Positions 41,163-50,077 of a stretch of DNA of 64,000 nt are shown here, in pieces. The stretch comes from Gammaproteobacteria bacterium (lineage in GTDB: Bacteria > Pseudomonadota > Gammaproteobacteria > S012-40). Under the pieces are notes generated by a model, which was not told the origin of the DNA, did no database searches, and saw nothing but the letters and a program-made list of their open reading frames with translations. A program made the translations under genes and the position numbers. Where the stretch lies: NCBI GenBank assembly GCA_027021445.1, contig JALUUH010000130.1, positions 16,872-80,871 of the forward strand. Direction: 5' to 3'. The first letter of the stretch is position 1; each line of letters begins with the position of its first letter.

Positions 41163-42653
41163 ATGATTAACAATGTGAATCCACCGACTAAACTGAGCCA
41201 AATTATTTTTGCTTTAGTGGTCATTTTGTTGGTCTTAGCACCATTGTTTCGCGGCGGTAATCGACCTATAGCACTGATGTTAATCGAGCTATTAGGTCTT
41301 GCTTTGTTATTATTGATGATATCCCAGCCGCAACGGATTTTAGTCATTCCCCGGTATTTGCGTTACTTTATTGTTATTTTTGTTTCGATACCGCTACTTT
41401 ACTTAATACCTATTCCTATCGATTGGTGGGCGGTACTACCGGGTAGAGAAGGCTATTACGAAGTACTTTCATTACTAGAACATCAAGACGTTTTATTTCA
41501 TTCTTTTTCAATAAACTCACTAGCAACCGAACTTTCTAACCTAGTTATAATCCCTATTGCGGCGATTTTTATGAGTTGCTTTTTCTTAAATCAAAAGCAA
41601 TTGTTTGATGTCATCAAGTTTCTTATTTTGTTAGGTGCGCTGCAGGCAATCATTGGACTCATGCAGTTTAGTACGAGCATTGACCACTGGATACGCTTTG
41701 GGATCGAGACTCACAGCACGAATGCGGTGGGAACTTATCCTAACCGCAATCATTTTTCTGGTTTACTAGAAATGATTTTACCATTAGCCATCGCTTATTG
41801 GGCGATTTGCTTTAATCATCGAATCAGTAAGGATTCTCGCCATCATTGGCGAACCAAGCTTGCTTATTTGGCAGATAAAGAATCTTTACTGATTGCAGGT
41901 GTAGGTGTTGTCATTTTGCTACTTATTTTGGGAGTAGTATTCTCGCGTTCTCGAACAGGTATAGCCCTCGTCATGTTATGTATTTTCTTATCCGCCATTT
42001 TGCTTACGCCTAAGCTAAATCGTAAGAGAGGCATTCGAGGTATAGTATTCTTAGTGACGCTTGTTCTGGTGATTGCAGCTCAGATTGGCTTAGCTCCTGT
42101 TTTCCAGCGCTTTGCTGATCAGGATCCTCTTACAGATAGTCGCTGGACGATTTATCGAGTTACCAGTGATGCCATTAGCCAATATTTTCCGCTCGGTAGT
42201 GGGCCTGGTACCTATGAATCCGTTTTGTTAGGTTTTCAACCAAATAATATCCAGCATTTTATTAATCACGCGCACAATGATTATTTAGAGTGGATGACTG
42301 AATTAGGCATTTTTTCTGTTATCCTATTTATCGGCTTTTTATCCATAATTAGTTGGAAGTTTATTCAACTGATGAGAAACAAAGACTGGGGTGATATTAA
42401 CTATATTCAAATGGGATGCGGTATCGGAATATTTTTAATGCTATTACATAGTCTTACTGACTATAATTTGAGAATACCCGCGAATGCACTTATTTTTGCA
42501 TTTTTATGTGGCGTATTTTTAAAATCCAACCATGAGCCGACAAAAAAAAGAGTAATACGAAATCGTAAGGCTAAAACATACTGTGAAAATAATCGAGAAG
42601 CAAAGCGCAGTTTAAACTCTCCGAGGAATCAACGAAATCCATTTCTTAATTAA
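41163..42653 (+). CDS. O-antigen ligase-like (Wzy_C family) polytopic membrane protein
   Basis: About 10-12 TM helices, Wzy_C signature loop HAHNDYLEWMTELGI, basic C-terminal tail. Confidence 0.8.
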   Translation: MINNVNPPTKLSQIIFALVVILLVLAPLFRGGNRPIALMLIELLGLALLLLMISQPQRILVIPRYLRYFIVIFVSIPLLYLIPIPIDWWAVLPGREGYYEVLSLLEHQDVLFHSFSINSLATELSNLVIIPIAAIFMSCFFLNQKQLFDVIKFLILLGALQAIIGLMQFSTSIDHWIRFGIETHSTNAVGTYPNRNHFSGLLEMILPLAIAYWAICFNHRISKDSRHHWRTKLAYLADKESLLIAGVGVVILLLILGVVFSRSRTGIALVMLCIFLSAILLTPKLNRKRGIRGIVFLVTLVLVIAAQIGLAPVFQRFADQDPLTDSRWTIYRVTSDAISQYFPLGSGPGTYESVLLGFQPNNIQHFINHAHNDYLEWMTELGIFSVILFIGFLSIISWKFIQLMRNKDWGDINYIQMGCGIGIFLMLLHSLTDYNLRIPANALIFAFLCGVFLKSNHEPTKKRVIRNRKAKTYCENNREAKRSLNSPRNQRNPFLN

Positions 42654-42660
42654 TTCTGGT

Positions 42661-44172
42661 TCATGATGAAACTTCATTATTATTTTTTTGTTCAAGGGTG
42701 AATTCAGCTTTATTGTCTTCGGTAACCGTTTCTAGCCGTACCGTAAATCCCCATAATCGTGTTAAGTGTTTCATAACTTCATCAACTGTTGAAGCAAGAG
42801 GTTTGCGATTATATTGCTCGTGGCGTAAAGTCAGTGCGCGATCACCACGTATATCAACATTATAAACTTGAATATTCGGCTCTTGGCTTCCTAGATTGTA
42901 CTGGTCTGCTAACAAGGTTCGTATTTGTTGGTATCCTTCGTTATTATGTATGGCCGATATTTCGATATTTCGATTTTTGTCATTATCGAGTACCGAAAAT
43001 AACTTTAAATCACGCATAACCTTAGGTGATAAATATTGAGAAATAAAACTTTCATCTTTAAAATTTTTCATCGCAAAATCCAGACTGTCAATCCAGTCTG
43101 TGTTAACTAAATCTGGAAACCATTCGGTATCTTCTGCGGTGGGATTTTCACAAATTCGTCGAATATCGCTCATCATTGAAAAGCCAAGAGAATAGGGATT
43201 AATCCCATTGTAATGAGGTGCGTCAAAAGGAGGTTGGTAAGTAACATTGCTATGTGATTTTAAAAATTCAATCATAAATCCATCGGTTACTAATCCTTCA
43301 TCATAAAGCTGATTTAATATAGTATAATGCCAAAATGTTGCCCACCCTTCATTCATTACTTTGGTTTGTTTTTGCGGATAAAAATACTGCGATATCTTTC
43401 TGACTATTCGCACTATTTCTCGTTGCCAGGATTCGAGTAAAGGCGCATTTTTTTCAATAAAATAGAGAATGTTCTCTTGCGGTTCGAGCGGAAAACGTTC
43501 TACTATTTTTTCTTCTTTTTCGGTCTCAAGAGTTGGTAATGTGCTCCATAGCTCATTGACTTGAGACTGCATATAAGCTTCTCTGTCTTTTAGCCTTGCG
43601 TGCTCCTCTTTCATGGAAACAGGGTGTGGACGCTTGTACCGATCAACTCCATAATTCATTAGTGCATGGCAAGAATCTAAAATTTCTTCAACGGCAACCT
43701 CGCCGTATCTCTTCTCGCAGTCAGCAACAAAATCTTTTGCAAAGACAAGATAGTCAATAATGGCATCAGCTGAAGTCCATTGTTTAAATAAGTAATTATT
43801 TTTGAAGAATGAATTATGTCCATACGCGGCATGTGCAATGACGAGTGCTTGCATCATCATTGAATTTTCCTCCATCAAGTATGAAATACAAGGATTGGAG
43901 TTTATAACTATTTCATAGGCTAATCCCATTTCCCCTCGACGATATTTTTTCTCGGTTTCCATGAATTGCTTTCCAAAAGACCAGTGATTATAACCTACCG
44001 GCATACCAACAGAGGAGTAAGCATCCATCATTTGCTCAGCAGTGATGACCTCAATTTGATTAGGATAGGTATCTAAACGAAAATTTTGGGCAATTCTCGA
44101 TATTTCTTTATCGTATTGTTCAATTAAGTCGAAAGTCCATTCGGAGGTCTCTGATATAGGCTTATTTTTCAT
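42661..44172 (-). CDS. SpoVR-family protein
   Basis: 503 aa, collinear with E. coli YcgB/SpoVR (ISYLMEENSMMMQALVIAHAAYGHNSFFKNN). Last gene of the prkA operon. Confidence 0.9.
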   Translation of the reverse strand: MKNKPISETSEWTFDLIEQYDKEISRIAQNFRLDTYPNQIEVITAEQMMDAYSSVGMPVGYNHWSFGKQFMETEKKYRRGEMGLAYEIVINSNPCISYLMEENSMMMQALVIAHAAYGHNSFFKNNYLFKQWTSADAIIDYLVFAKDFVADCEKRYGEVAVEEILDSCHALMNYGVDRYKRPHPVSMKEEHARLKDREAYMQSQVNELWSTLPTLETEKEEKIVERFPLEPQENILYFIEKNAPLLESWQREIVRIVRKISQYFYPQKQTKVMNEGWATFWHYTILNQLYDEGLVTDGFMIEFLKSHSNVTYQPPFDAPHYNGINPYSLGFSMMSDIRRICENPTAEDTEWFPDLVNTDWIDSLDFAMKNFKDESFISQYLSPKVMRDLKLFSVLDNDKNRNIEISAIHNNEGYQQIRTLLADQYNLGSQEPNIQVYNVDIRGDRALTLRHEQYNRKPLASTVDEVMKHLTRLWGFTVRLETVTEDNKAEFTLEQKNNNEVSS

Positions 44173-44180
44173 AGTCAGTT

Positions 44181-45449
44181 CTAGGTTTCTTTTTCTTTGC
44201 TAAAAAGTTCTCTGAAAACAGGATATATATCAGCGAGATCATGCAGTTGTTGCATGGCAAAATTAGGATAAGAAGATACTACTTTTTCATACTCGTACCA
44301 TAGGCTTTGATGGTTTTGCGGTGTAATTTCCACATAGGCAAAATATTGCACAAACGGCATAATCTCTTCTTCCAATAATTTTTTGCATAGTGGGGAGTCG
44401 TCATGCCAGTTATCACCATCTGAAGCTTGCGCAGCATAGATATTCCATTCATCTTCTAAATAGCGTTCTTTCGCTATCTTAATCATGAGATGGAGAGCGC
44501 TAGATACAACGGTTCCCCCCGTTTCACGCGAATAAAAAAAATCTTCTTCTGATACTTCTTTGGCAATAGTATGGTGCGAAATAAAGACAAGTTCTATTTT
44601 TTCATAATTACGATTAAGAAAAAGATACAGCAGAATAAAAAATCGTTTAGCCATGTCTTTCTTTTTTTGATCCATTGATCCCGATATGTCCATAAGGCAA
44701 AACATGACCGCTTGTGTCGTTGGTTTTTGAATATCAACTCTGTTGTTATAGCGCAAGTCAAAAGTATCTAGAAAGGGAATAGCATCACGCTTTCGTTTAA
44801 GCCCTTCAATTTCTTTTTCTAATAATAAAATAGCTGAATCATCCTTCAGAACTGCTCGTAAAAGCAATTCCAATTCTTTTTCTTTTTCTTTTATTTTTTT
44901 TCTATAGGGATTTCTCAAAGAAATTCTTCGAGCTTGAGCACTTCGCATGGAGCGAAGAATATTGATATTGCTGGGAACACCTGCGGTAGTGAACCCAGCC
45001 CTAGATTTACTTTTTTCGTAAACAGTTGCTAGTTTTGTTTTTACCAGATTGGGCAGTTCGAGATCCTCAAAGAAGAACTCCATGAACTCTTCTTTGCTAA
45101 GTTCGAAAACAAAATCATCCGAACCCTCCCCTTTATTATTCGCTTTATTTCCCGCTCCGTTCCCCTTTCCACCTCTTGGTCTAGGAATTTTGTCTCCTGG
45201 AACAAAATCATGGTTTCCCGGGTGAATGATATCTCTTCGCCCACCTTGTCCATGATAGATAGTAGGTTCTGAAATATCCTTGGACGGAATAGACACCTTT
45301 TCGCCACTATCAATATCAGTAATACTTCGACCAGCAATCGCATCAGTTACTGCTTTTTTAATCTGGCCTTTATAGCGCCTAATGAATCGCTGGCGATTTA
45401 CAGCGCTTTTATTTTTTCCATTGAGGCGGCGATCAACAAGTCTGTACAA
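44181..45449 (-). CDS. yeaH: YeaH/DUF444 protein (vWA-like)
   Basis: 422 aa, MIDAS-like [10 protein letters not shown], Gly/Lys-rich segment. 12 nt downstream of prkA. Confidence 0.9.
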   Translation of the reverse strand: MYRLVDRRLNGKNKSAVNRQRFIRRYKGQIKKAVTDAIAGRSITDIDSGEKVSIPSKDISEPTIYHGQGGRRDIIHPGNHDFVPGDKIPRPRGGKGNGAGNKANNKGEGSDDFVFELSKEEFMEFFFEDLELPNLVKTKLATVYEKSKSRAGFTTAGVPSNINILRSMRSAQARRISLRNPYRKKIKEKEKELELLLRAVLKDDSAILLLEKEIEGLKRKRDAIPFLDTFDLRYNNRVDIQKPTTQAVMFCLMDISGSMDQKKKDMAKRFFILLYLFLNRNYEKIELVFISHHTIAKEVSEEDFFYSRETGGTVVSSALHLMIKIAKERYLEDEWNIYAAQASDGDNWHDDSPLCKKLLEEEIMPFVQYFAYVEITPQNHQSLWYEYEKVVSSYPNFAMQQLHDLADIYPVFRELFSKEKET

Positions 45450-45461
45450 AATGACATCCTT

Positions 45462-47384
45462 CTAAGAAGATTTGCGCACACGTAGATACCAATCGCAGAG
45501 CAAACGAACTTGTTTTGAGGTGTAGCCCTTATCGGACATACGCTGTAAGAAATCATCATGTTTTTTCTTATCCTCAGAAGAGGACTTAGCATTAAAGGAA
45601 ATGACAGGCAAGAGATCTTCGGTATTTGAAAACATTTTTTTCTCAATGACGTTTCTGAGTTTTTCGTAACTTGTCCATTTTGGATTTTTGCCTTTGTTTA
45701 CCGCCTTTGCTCTCAGTACGAAATTGACAATTTCATTGCGAAAATCTTTTGGATTACTAATTCCTGCGGGTTTCTCTGTTTTTTCCAACTCTTCATTGAG
45801 TGCCGCTCTACTAAATATTTCACCCGTATCGGGATCACGATAATCTTCATCTTGAATCCAATAATCCGCATAAGTAACATAGCGGTCAAAAATGTTCTGT
45901 CCATATTCAGAATAACTTTCTAAATATGCTGTTTGTATTTCTTTACCGATGAAACCGACATATTCTCTGGCAAGATAACCTTTGATAAATGACAAATAAC
46001 GTTCTTCAAGTTCAGCAGAAAATTGTTCCTGTTCTATTTGCTGTTCTAATACGTAGAGTAGATGTACAGGGTTTGCCGCTATCTCAGTGTTATCGTAGTT
46101 AAAAACGCGTGACAGGATCTTGAATGCAAATCGAGTGGATAATCCTGTCATTCCTTCATCAACGCCGGCAAAATCGGTATATTCTTGATATGATTTTGCA
46201 TGTGGGTCAGTGTCTTTTAAATTTTCACCATCATAGACCCGCATTTTAGAATATATATTCGAATTTTCTGGTTCTTTTAAGCGCGAAAGTATGGCAAATT
46301 GAGCCATCATTTCGAGTGTGTCTGGCGCACATGGCGCTGCTGATAAAGAGCTTTCGCGCAGCAGTTTGTTATAAATCTTTATTTCATCAGATACCCGTAA
46401 GCAGTAAGGAACTTTCACGATATAGATTCGATCAAGAAAAGCTTCGTTATTCTTGTTATTTTTAAATGTTTGCCATTCAGATTCATTGGAATGTGCTAAT
46501 ACAATTCCGTCGAAAGGTATCGCGCCTAATCCTTCGGTGCCTTTATAATTACTTTCTTGGGTTGCGGTTAGCAGCGGATGCAACACCTTTATCGGCGCTT
46601 TGAACATTTCAACAAACTCTAATAAACCTTGGTTTGCCAAACATAGGCCGCCCGAATAACTATAAGCATCAGGATCATCTTGGGCGAACTCTTCGAGCTT
46701 TCGAATATCTACTTTGCCTACCAAGCTAGAGATGTCTTGATTGTTTTCATCACCGGGTTCGGTTTTTGCGATACCCGCTTGTAATAAGATGGATGGTTTG
46801 AGTTTAACAATTTTAAATTTGGTAATATCTCCATTAAACTCATGTAATCGTTTAACCGCCCACGGTGACATGATGCCATTGAGATATCGACGAGGAATTC
46901 CATAATCTTCTTCAAGAATGTCGCCATCTTCTTCAGCAGAAAACAACCCTAAAGGCGATTCATTGACTGGTGAACCTTTGATGGCATAAAAAGGCATTAC
47001 TTCCATTAATGCTTTTAGTTTTTCTGCCAGTGAAGACTTTCCTCCACCAACCGGGCCTAATAAATATAATATTTGTTTTTTCTCTTCTAATCCTTGTGCC
47101 GAGTGTTTGAAATAAGAAACTATTTTTTCTATCGCGTCCTCCATGCCGTAAAAATCCTTAAATGCAGGATATACTCTGACCATTCGATTAGAGAATAATC
47201 GACTTAATCGTGGATCTTTTCGGGTATCGAGCATTTCTGGTTCGCCGATGGCTGCTAACATTCGTTCGGCGGCGGTGGCGTATGCAGAAACATCTGACTT
47301 GCAAATAGAAAGGTATTCTTGAATGGAAATTTCTTCTTCTTTTGATGCGTCAAAGCGTGTTTGAAAGTGATTGAATATGCTCAC
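45462..47384 (-). CDS. prkA: PrkA/YeaG serine protein kinase (AAA-like N-domain)
   Basis: 640 aa, Walker A GPVGGGKSS, conserved PrkA core. GTG start 8 nt after GGGAGG. Confidence 0.93.
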   Translation of the reverse strand: MSIFNHFQTRFDASKEEEISIQEYLSICKSDVSAYATAAERMLAAIGEPEMLDTRKDPRLSRLFSNRMVRVYPAFKDFYGMEDAIEKIVSYFKHSAQGLEEKKQILYLLGPVGGGKSSLAEKLKALMEVMPFYAIKGSPVNESPLGLFSAEEDGDILEEDYGIPRRYLNGIMSPWAVKRLHEFNGDITKFKIVKLKPSILLQAGIAKTEPGDENNQDISSLVGKVDIRKLEEFAQDDPDAYSYSGGLCLANQGLLEFVEMFKAPIKVLHPLLTATQESNYKGTEGLGAIPFDGIVLAHSNESEWQTFKNNKNNEAFLDRIYIVKVPYCLRVSDEIKIYNKLLRESSLSAAPCAPDTLEMMAQFAILSRLKEPENSNIYSKMRVYDGENLKDTDPHAKSYQEYTDFAGVDEGMTGLSTRFAFKILSRVFNYDNTEIAANPVHLLYVLEQQIEQEQFSAELEERYLSFIKGYLAREYVGFIGKEIQTAYLESYSEYGQNIFDRYVTYADYWIQDEDYRDPDTGEIFSRAALNEELEKTEKPAGISNPKDFRNEIVNFVLRAKAVNKGKNPKWTSYEKLRNVIEKKMFSNTEDLLPVISFNAKSSSEDKKKHDDFLQRMSDKGYTSKQVRLLCDWYLRVRKSS

Positions 47385-47885
47385 CAGACTTGCCTCCCAA
47401 TGAGTGTTTGCACCTTACCGTATATAGCCAAAATAAATATTTATTCTACCGTTAAGTGCATGAAAAAAAACTAAAAATCTAGTTGATAATATGGTAAATC
47501 AGTGAGCAAGATACAAGCCATAATAGATGAATAGCTCTGTAAGCTCCGCGTAATGGATTAATTTATTTAATTACATCTCTGTAATTAGTTAGTTAGAGTC
47601 ATAATACGCATTAAAATTCGAAAATATGTTGACTCTCTTCAACATAATTTACGGTTACAGCAGACAATTTAATGACGCTTGTTAATGATTATCAAGTTGA
47701 ACATACGGAATGCTAAGTAAAGAGAATGTGGTGAGTATTATTTGAATGAATAAACGAAATAGCGCCAAAAAAAATTAATGCTTATCATTAAAAAAAAGTA
47801 TTTGTATCTATAAAGGGGAGTATTATTGTAGTAGATACACCTTCAAGATTCATTGAAATGTTATTATTTATAAAGGAGATCATTA

Positions 47886-48416
47886 GTGAAGCTTCCGTTG
47901 CAAATAACAACACGAAAACTTTCCTTATCGAAATACGCATCCGATATCATCAAGCAAAAAGTCAGTAAACTTGAAACTTTTTATGACAAAATTATCGGCT
48001 GTCGTGTAATGGTAGAGGCGCCACATAAGCATAAGAATCAAGGTTCATTATATAATGTCAGTATCATAATTAGCGTTCCCGGTTCAGAGTTGATCGTCAA
48101 ACGAGAGCCTGACCAAGACATATATATCGCTATTAGGGATGCATTTGATGCTGCAAGACGACAAATACAGAACTTTGCGCGTAAAAGACGAGGAGAAATA
48201 AAAACCCACAGTACGGTGCCGATCGCGACAATAACAGAGATCTACCCACATATGGGATATGGTTTTATGGTGACTAATGATGGTCGACAAATTTATTTTC
48301 ACAGTAATAGCTTAGTAAATCATGATATTGAGCAGATAGAAATTGGTGCTTCGGTACGGTTTGCCGAAAAACAAGGAATGGATGGCCCACAAGCGAGTAC
48401 TGTTGCCTTAGTTTAA
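47886..48416 (+). CDS. HPF/RaiA (ribosomal S30AE) domain fused to a cold-shock-like domain
   Basis: The N-terminal ~105 aa fit the HPF pattern (ISVPGSELIVKREPDQDIYIAIRDAFDAARRQI). The C-terminal ~65 aa are CSD-like (GYGFMVTNDGRQIYFHSNSL...GASVRFAEKQGMDGPQASTV). GTG start 6 nt after AGGAGA. Confidence 0.75.
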   Translation: MKLPLQITTRKLSLSKYASDIIKQKVSKLETFYDKIIGCRVMVEAPHKHKNQGSLYNVSIIISVPGSELIVKREPDQDIYIAIRDAFDAARRQIQNFARKRRGEIKTHSTVPIATITEIYPHMGYGFMVTNDGRQIYFHSNSLVNHDIEQIEIGASVRFAEKQGMDGPQASTVALV

Positions 48417-48446
48417 GAGCATCAAATATAATAGAGAAACCAGGAA

Positions 48447-48476
48447 CCCTTTTGGATTAACCAAAGGGGTTTTTTT
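48447..48476 (+). terminator. rho-independent terminator
   Basis: CCCTTTTGG-ATTAA-CCAAAGGGG followed by T7. Confidence 0.8.
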
Positions 48477-48602
48477 ATAATAAACAAATAGATAAAGGGT
48501 AATATGAAAGAATAAGCTAAAGTATTACCCAGTTTATGTCGTAATGTTATTGTACAAAAAATATGCGTTCTATCCATATACGATAATAATACGGCGGTTT
48601 AT

Positions 48603-49334
48603 ATGCCTTCAAAATCTTATAAGAAATTCAAAGATGGTGAGATTTCAAATGACTTTATTAAAAATTATGCGCCACTGGTAAAGCGCATTGCTTATCATCT
48701 AATGGCTCGATTACCGGCTTCAGTTATTGTTGATGATTTAATACAGGCTGGAATGGTCGGTTTGCTTGAAGCATCGAGGAATTATAAGGCTGAGTTAGGC
48801 GCTAGTTTTGAAACCTATGCAGGTATTCGAATTCGCGGGTCAATGTTAGATGAATTACGACGCAATGACTGGGCGCCTAAGTCGGTTCACCGTAAGACTC
48901 GAGAGTTAGCTCAAGTCGTGCGTAAAATCGAGGGAGAAACGGGCAGAGATGCTCGCGACGATGAAATAGCAAAAGAACTTAATATTACGTTGGATGAGTA
49001 CTATAAGATTCTCCAAGATGCCAATACCGCCAAAATGTTTGGGTTTGAAGATTTAGGGGTAACCGAAGAGGTGCTCGATGCAGAAATCAGAGAAGGCACT
49101 CGATCTCCGTTAGATAAAATTCAAGATGAGCGCTTTAAGGAAAAACTCAAAGAAGCTATTGTTGGGTTACCTGAAAGAGAAAAAATGGTCGTTACTCTTT
49201 ATTATGACTCTGAGCTAAACCTCAGAGAAATTGGCTCTGTATTAGGAGTTAGTGAATCTAGGATCAGCCAGCTCCTTAGCCAAGCAATGATAAGATTACG
49301 CGCACGTATGAAAGAGTGGGTGATCGATTCCTAG
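48603..49334 (+). CDS. fliA: RNA polymerase sigma-28 factor FliA
   Basis: Regions 2-4 are typical of FliA (DDLIQAGMVGLLEASRNY, YAGIRIRGSMLDELRRNDW, LNLREIGSVLGVSESRISQL). No flagellar genes nearby. Confidence 0.88.
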   Translation: MPSKSYKKFKDGEISNDFIKNYAPLVKRIAYHLMARLPASVIVDDLIQAGMVGLLEASRNYKAELGASFETYAGIRIRGSMLDELRRNDWAPKSVHRKTRELAQVVRKIEGETGRDARDDEIAKELNITLDEYYKILQDANTAKMFGFEDLGVTEEVLDAEIREGTRSPLDKIQDERFKEKLKEAIVGLPEREKMVVTLYYDSELNLREIGSVLGVSESRISQLLSQAMIRLRARMKEWVIDS

Positions 49335-49359
49335 GAGTCTGTTCTCGGGCAGGCTCCAG
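49331..49359. repeat. REP-like palindrome copy (CTAGGAGTCTG-TTCTCGGG-CAGGCTCCAG)
   Basis: Shares the identical 15-nt segment CTAGGAGTCTGTTCT with the copy at 54637. Its CTAG contains the fliA stop codon (49332-49334). Confidence 0.8.
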
Positions 49360-49398
49360 CAGACGTGTAAGAAAGAAATTAGTGAATCAGGAAAAATT

Positions 49399-49842
49399 AT
49401 GTTGTTGCAGCCCCACTTAGCAAATTGTCAAAGACTCTATGAGGAAAATTATCGAAATTTACTAGCGGTAATGCCTGAACTCGTCATCAAAGAAATTCGA
49501 AATATCAACTATGAACTTCCTCAGTATGCGCTAAAAATTTGCATATTAGAGCAAACTCCCTATACTACACTGATCAAATTTTTTATTAGTCAGTCGGTTA
49601 AAAGTTCATTTATAAATCATTCAGAATTTCATGTTCGTATGTATCATGATGCGCGAGTCGCTGAAATTATTACTTATCAAGGTCAGCGATGCCAACGTGC
49701 GTATTATGCTTGCCCTAACCAACATATGTACCATAAAGATGAGAAAAAGCAACTCAATTTGTTGCTTTCCGAAGTGATAGCATTGTGTCAAGATCATGGT
49801 TTGATTATCGTTCCTAACACCTCTTCCATAGAATTATATTAG
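49399..49842 (+). CDS. DUF1249 (YqiB-like) protein
   Basis: CQRLYEENYRNLL..., VRMYHDARVAEI..., DEKKQLNLLLSEV pattern. Confidence 0.78.
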   Translation: MLLQPHLANCQRLYEENYRNLLAVMPELVIKEIRNINYELPQYALKICILEQTPYTTLIKFFISQSVKSSFINHSEFHVRMYHDARVAEIITYQGQRCQRAYYACPNQHMYHKDEKKQLNLLLSEVIALCQDHGLIIVPNTSSIELY

Positions 49843-49953
49843 CAAGAACTCATTACTTCCCCCCGATGCAAGGCATTTCATCTTGCTTATCTAAAATTTT
49901 TCTCGCATTTTTTTAATTGTTCGTAACGCTTATCTGCGGAATCTAAGATTATT

Positions 49954-49986
49954 GCGAATTAATGTGAATTAATTCACGCTTTTTTT
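49954..49986 (+). terminator. rho-independent terminator
   Basis: GCGAATTAAT-GTGA-ATTAATTC(A)CGC followed by T7. Contains the perfect 14-bp palindrome GTGAATTAATTCAC. Confidence 0.7.
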
Positions 49987-50077
49987 GGGGTTCTGAGTAA
50001 ATAAAATTCCATACCAGACGATTAACACATTACTACAGTATGTAATTTACCCAACAAAAAAGTGAAAGGTGGCAATA

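Noticed and set aside
41931-41960. REP-like string CGTTCTCGAACAGG inside the Wzy_C-like coding sequence, and GTTCTCGG in smc (about 11147)
   Set aside because: Only the short core matches, there are no arms or hairpin, and the strings lie within well-supported ORFs. GTTCTC as a hexamer occurs at roughly chance frequency in coding DNA.
47385-47460. Sigma-54 promoter upstream of prkA
   Set aside because: The only GG...GC candidate (CGGTAAGGTGCAAAC on the minus strand) has the wrong GG-to-GC spacing (9 instead of 12).
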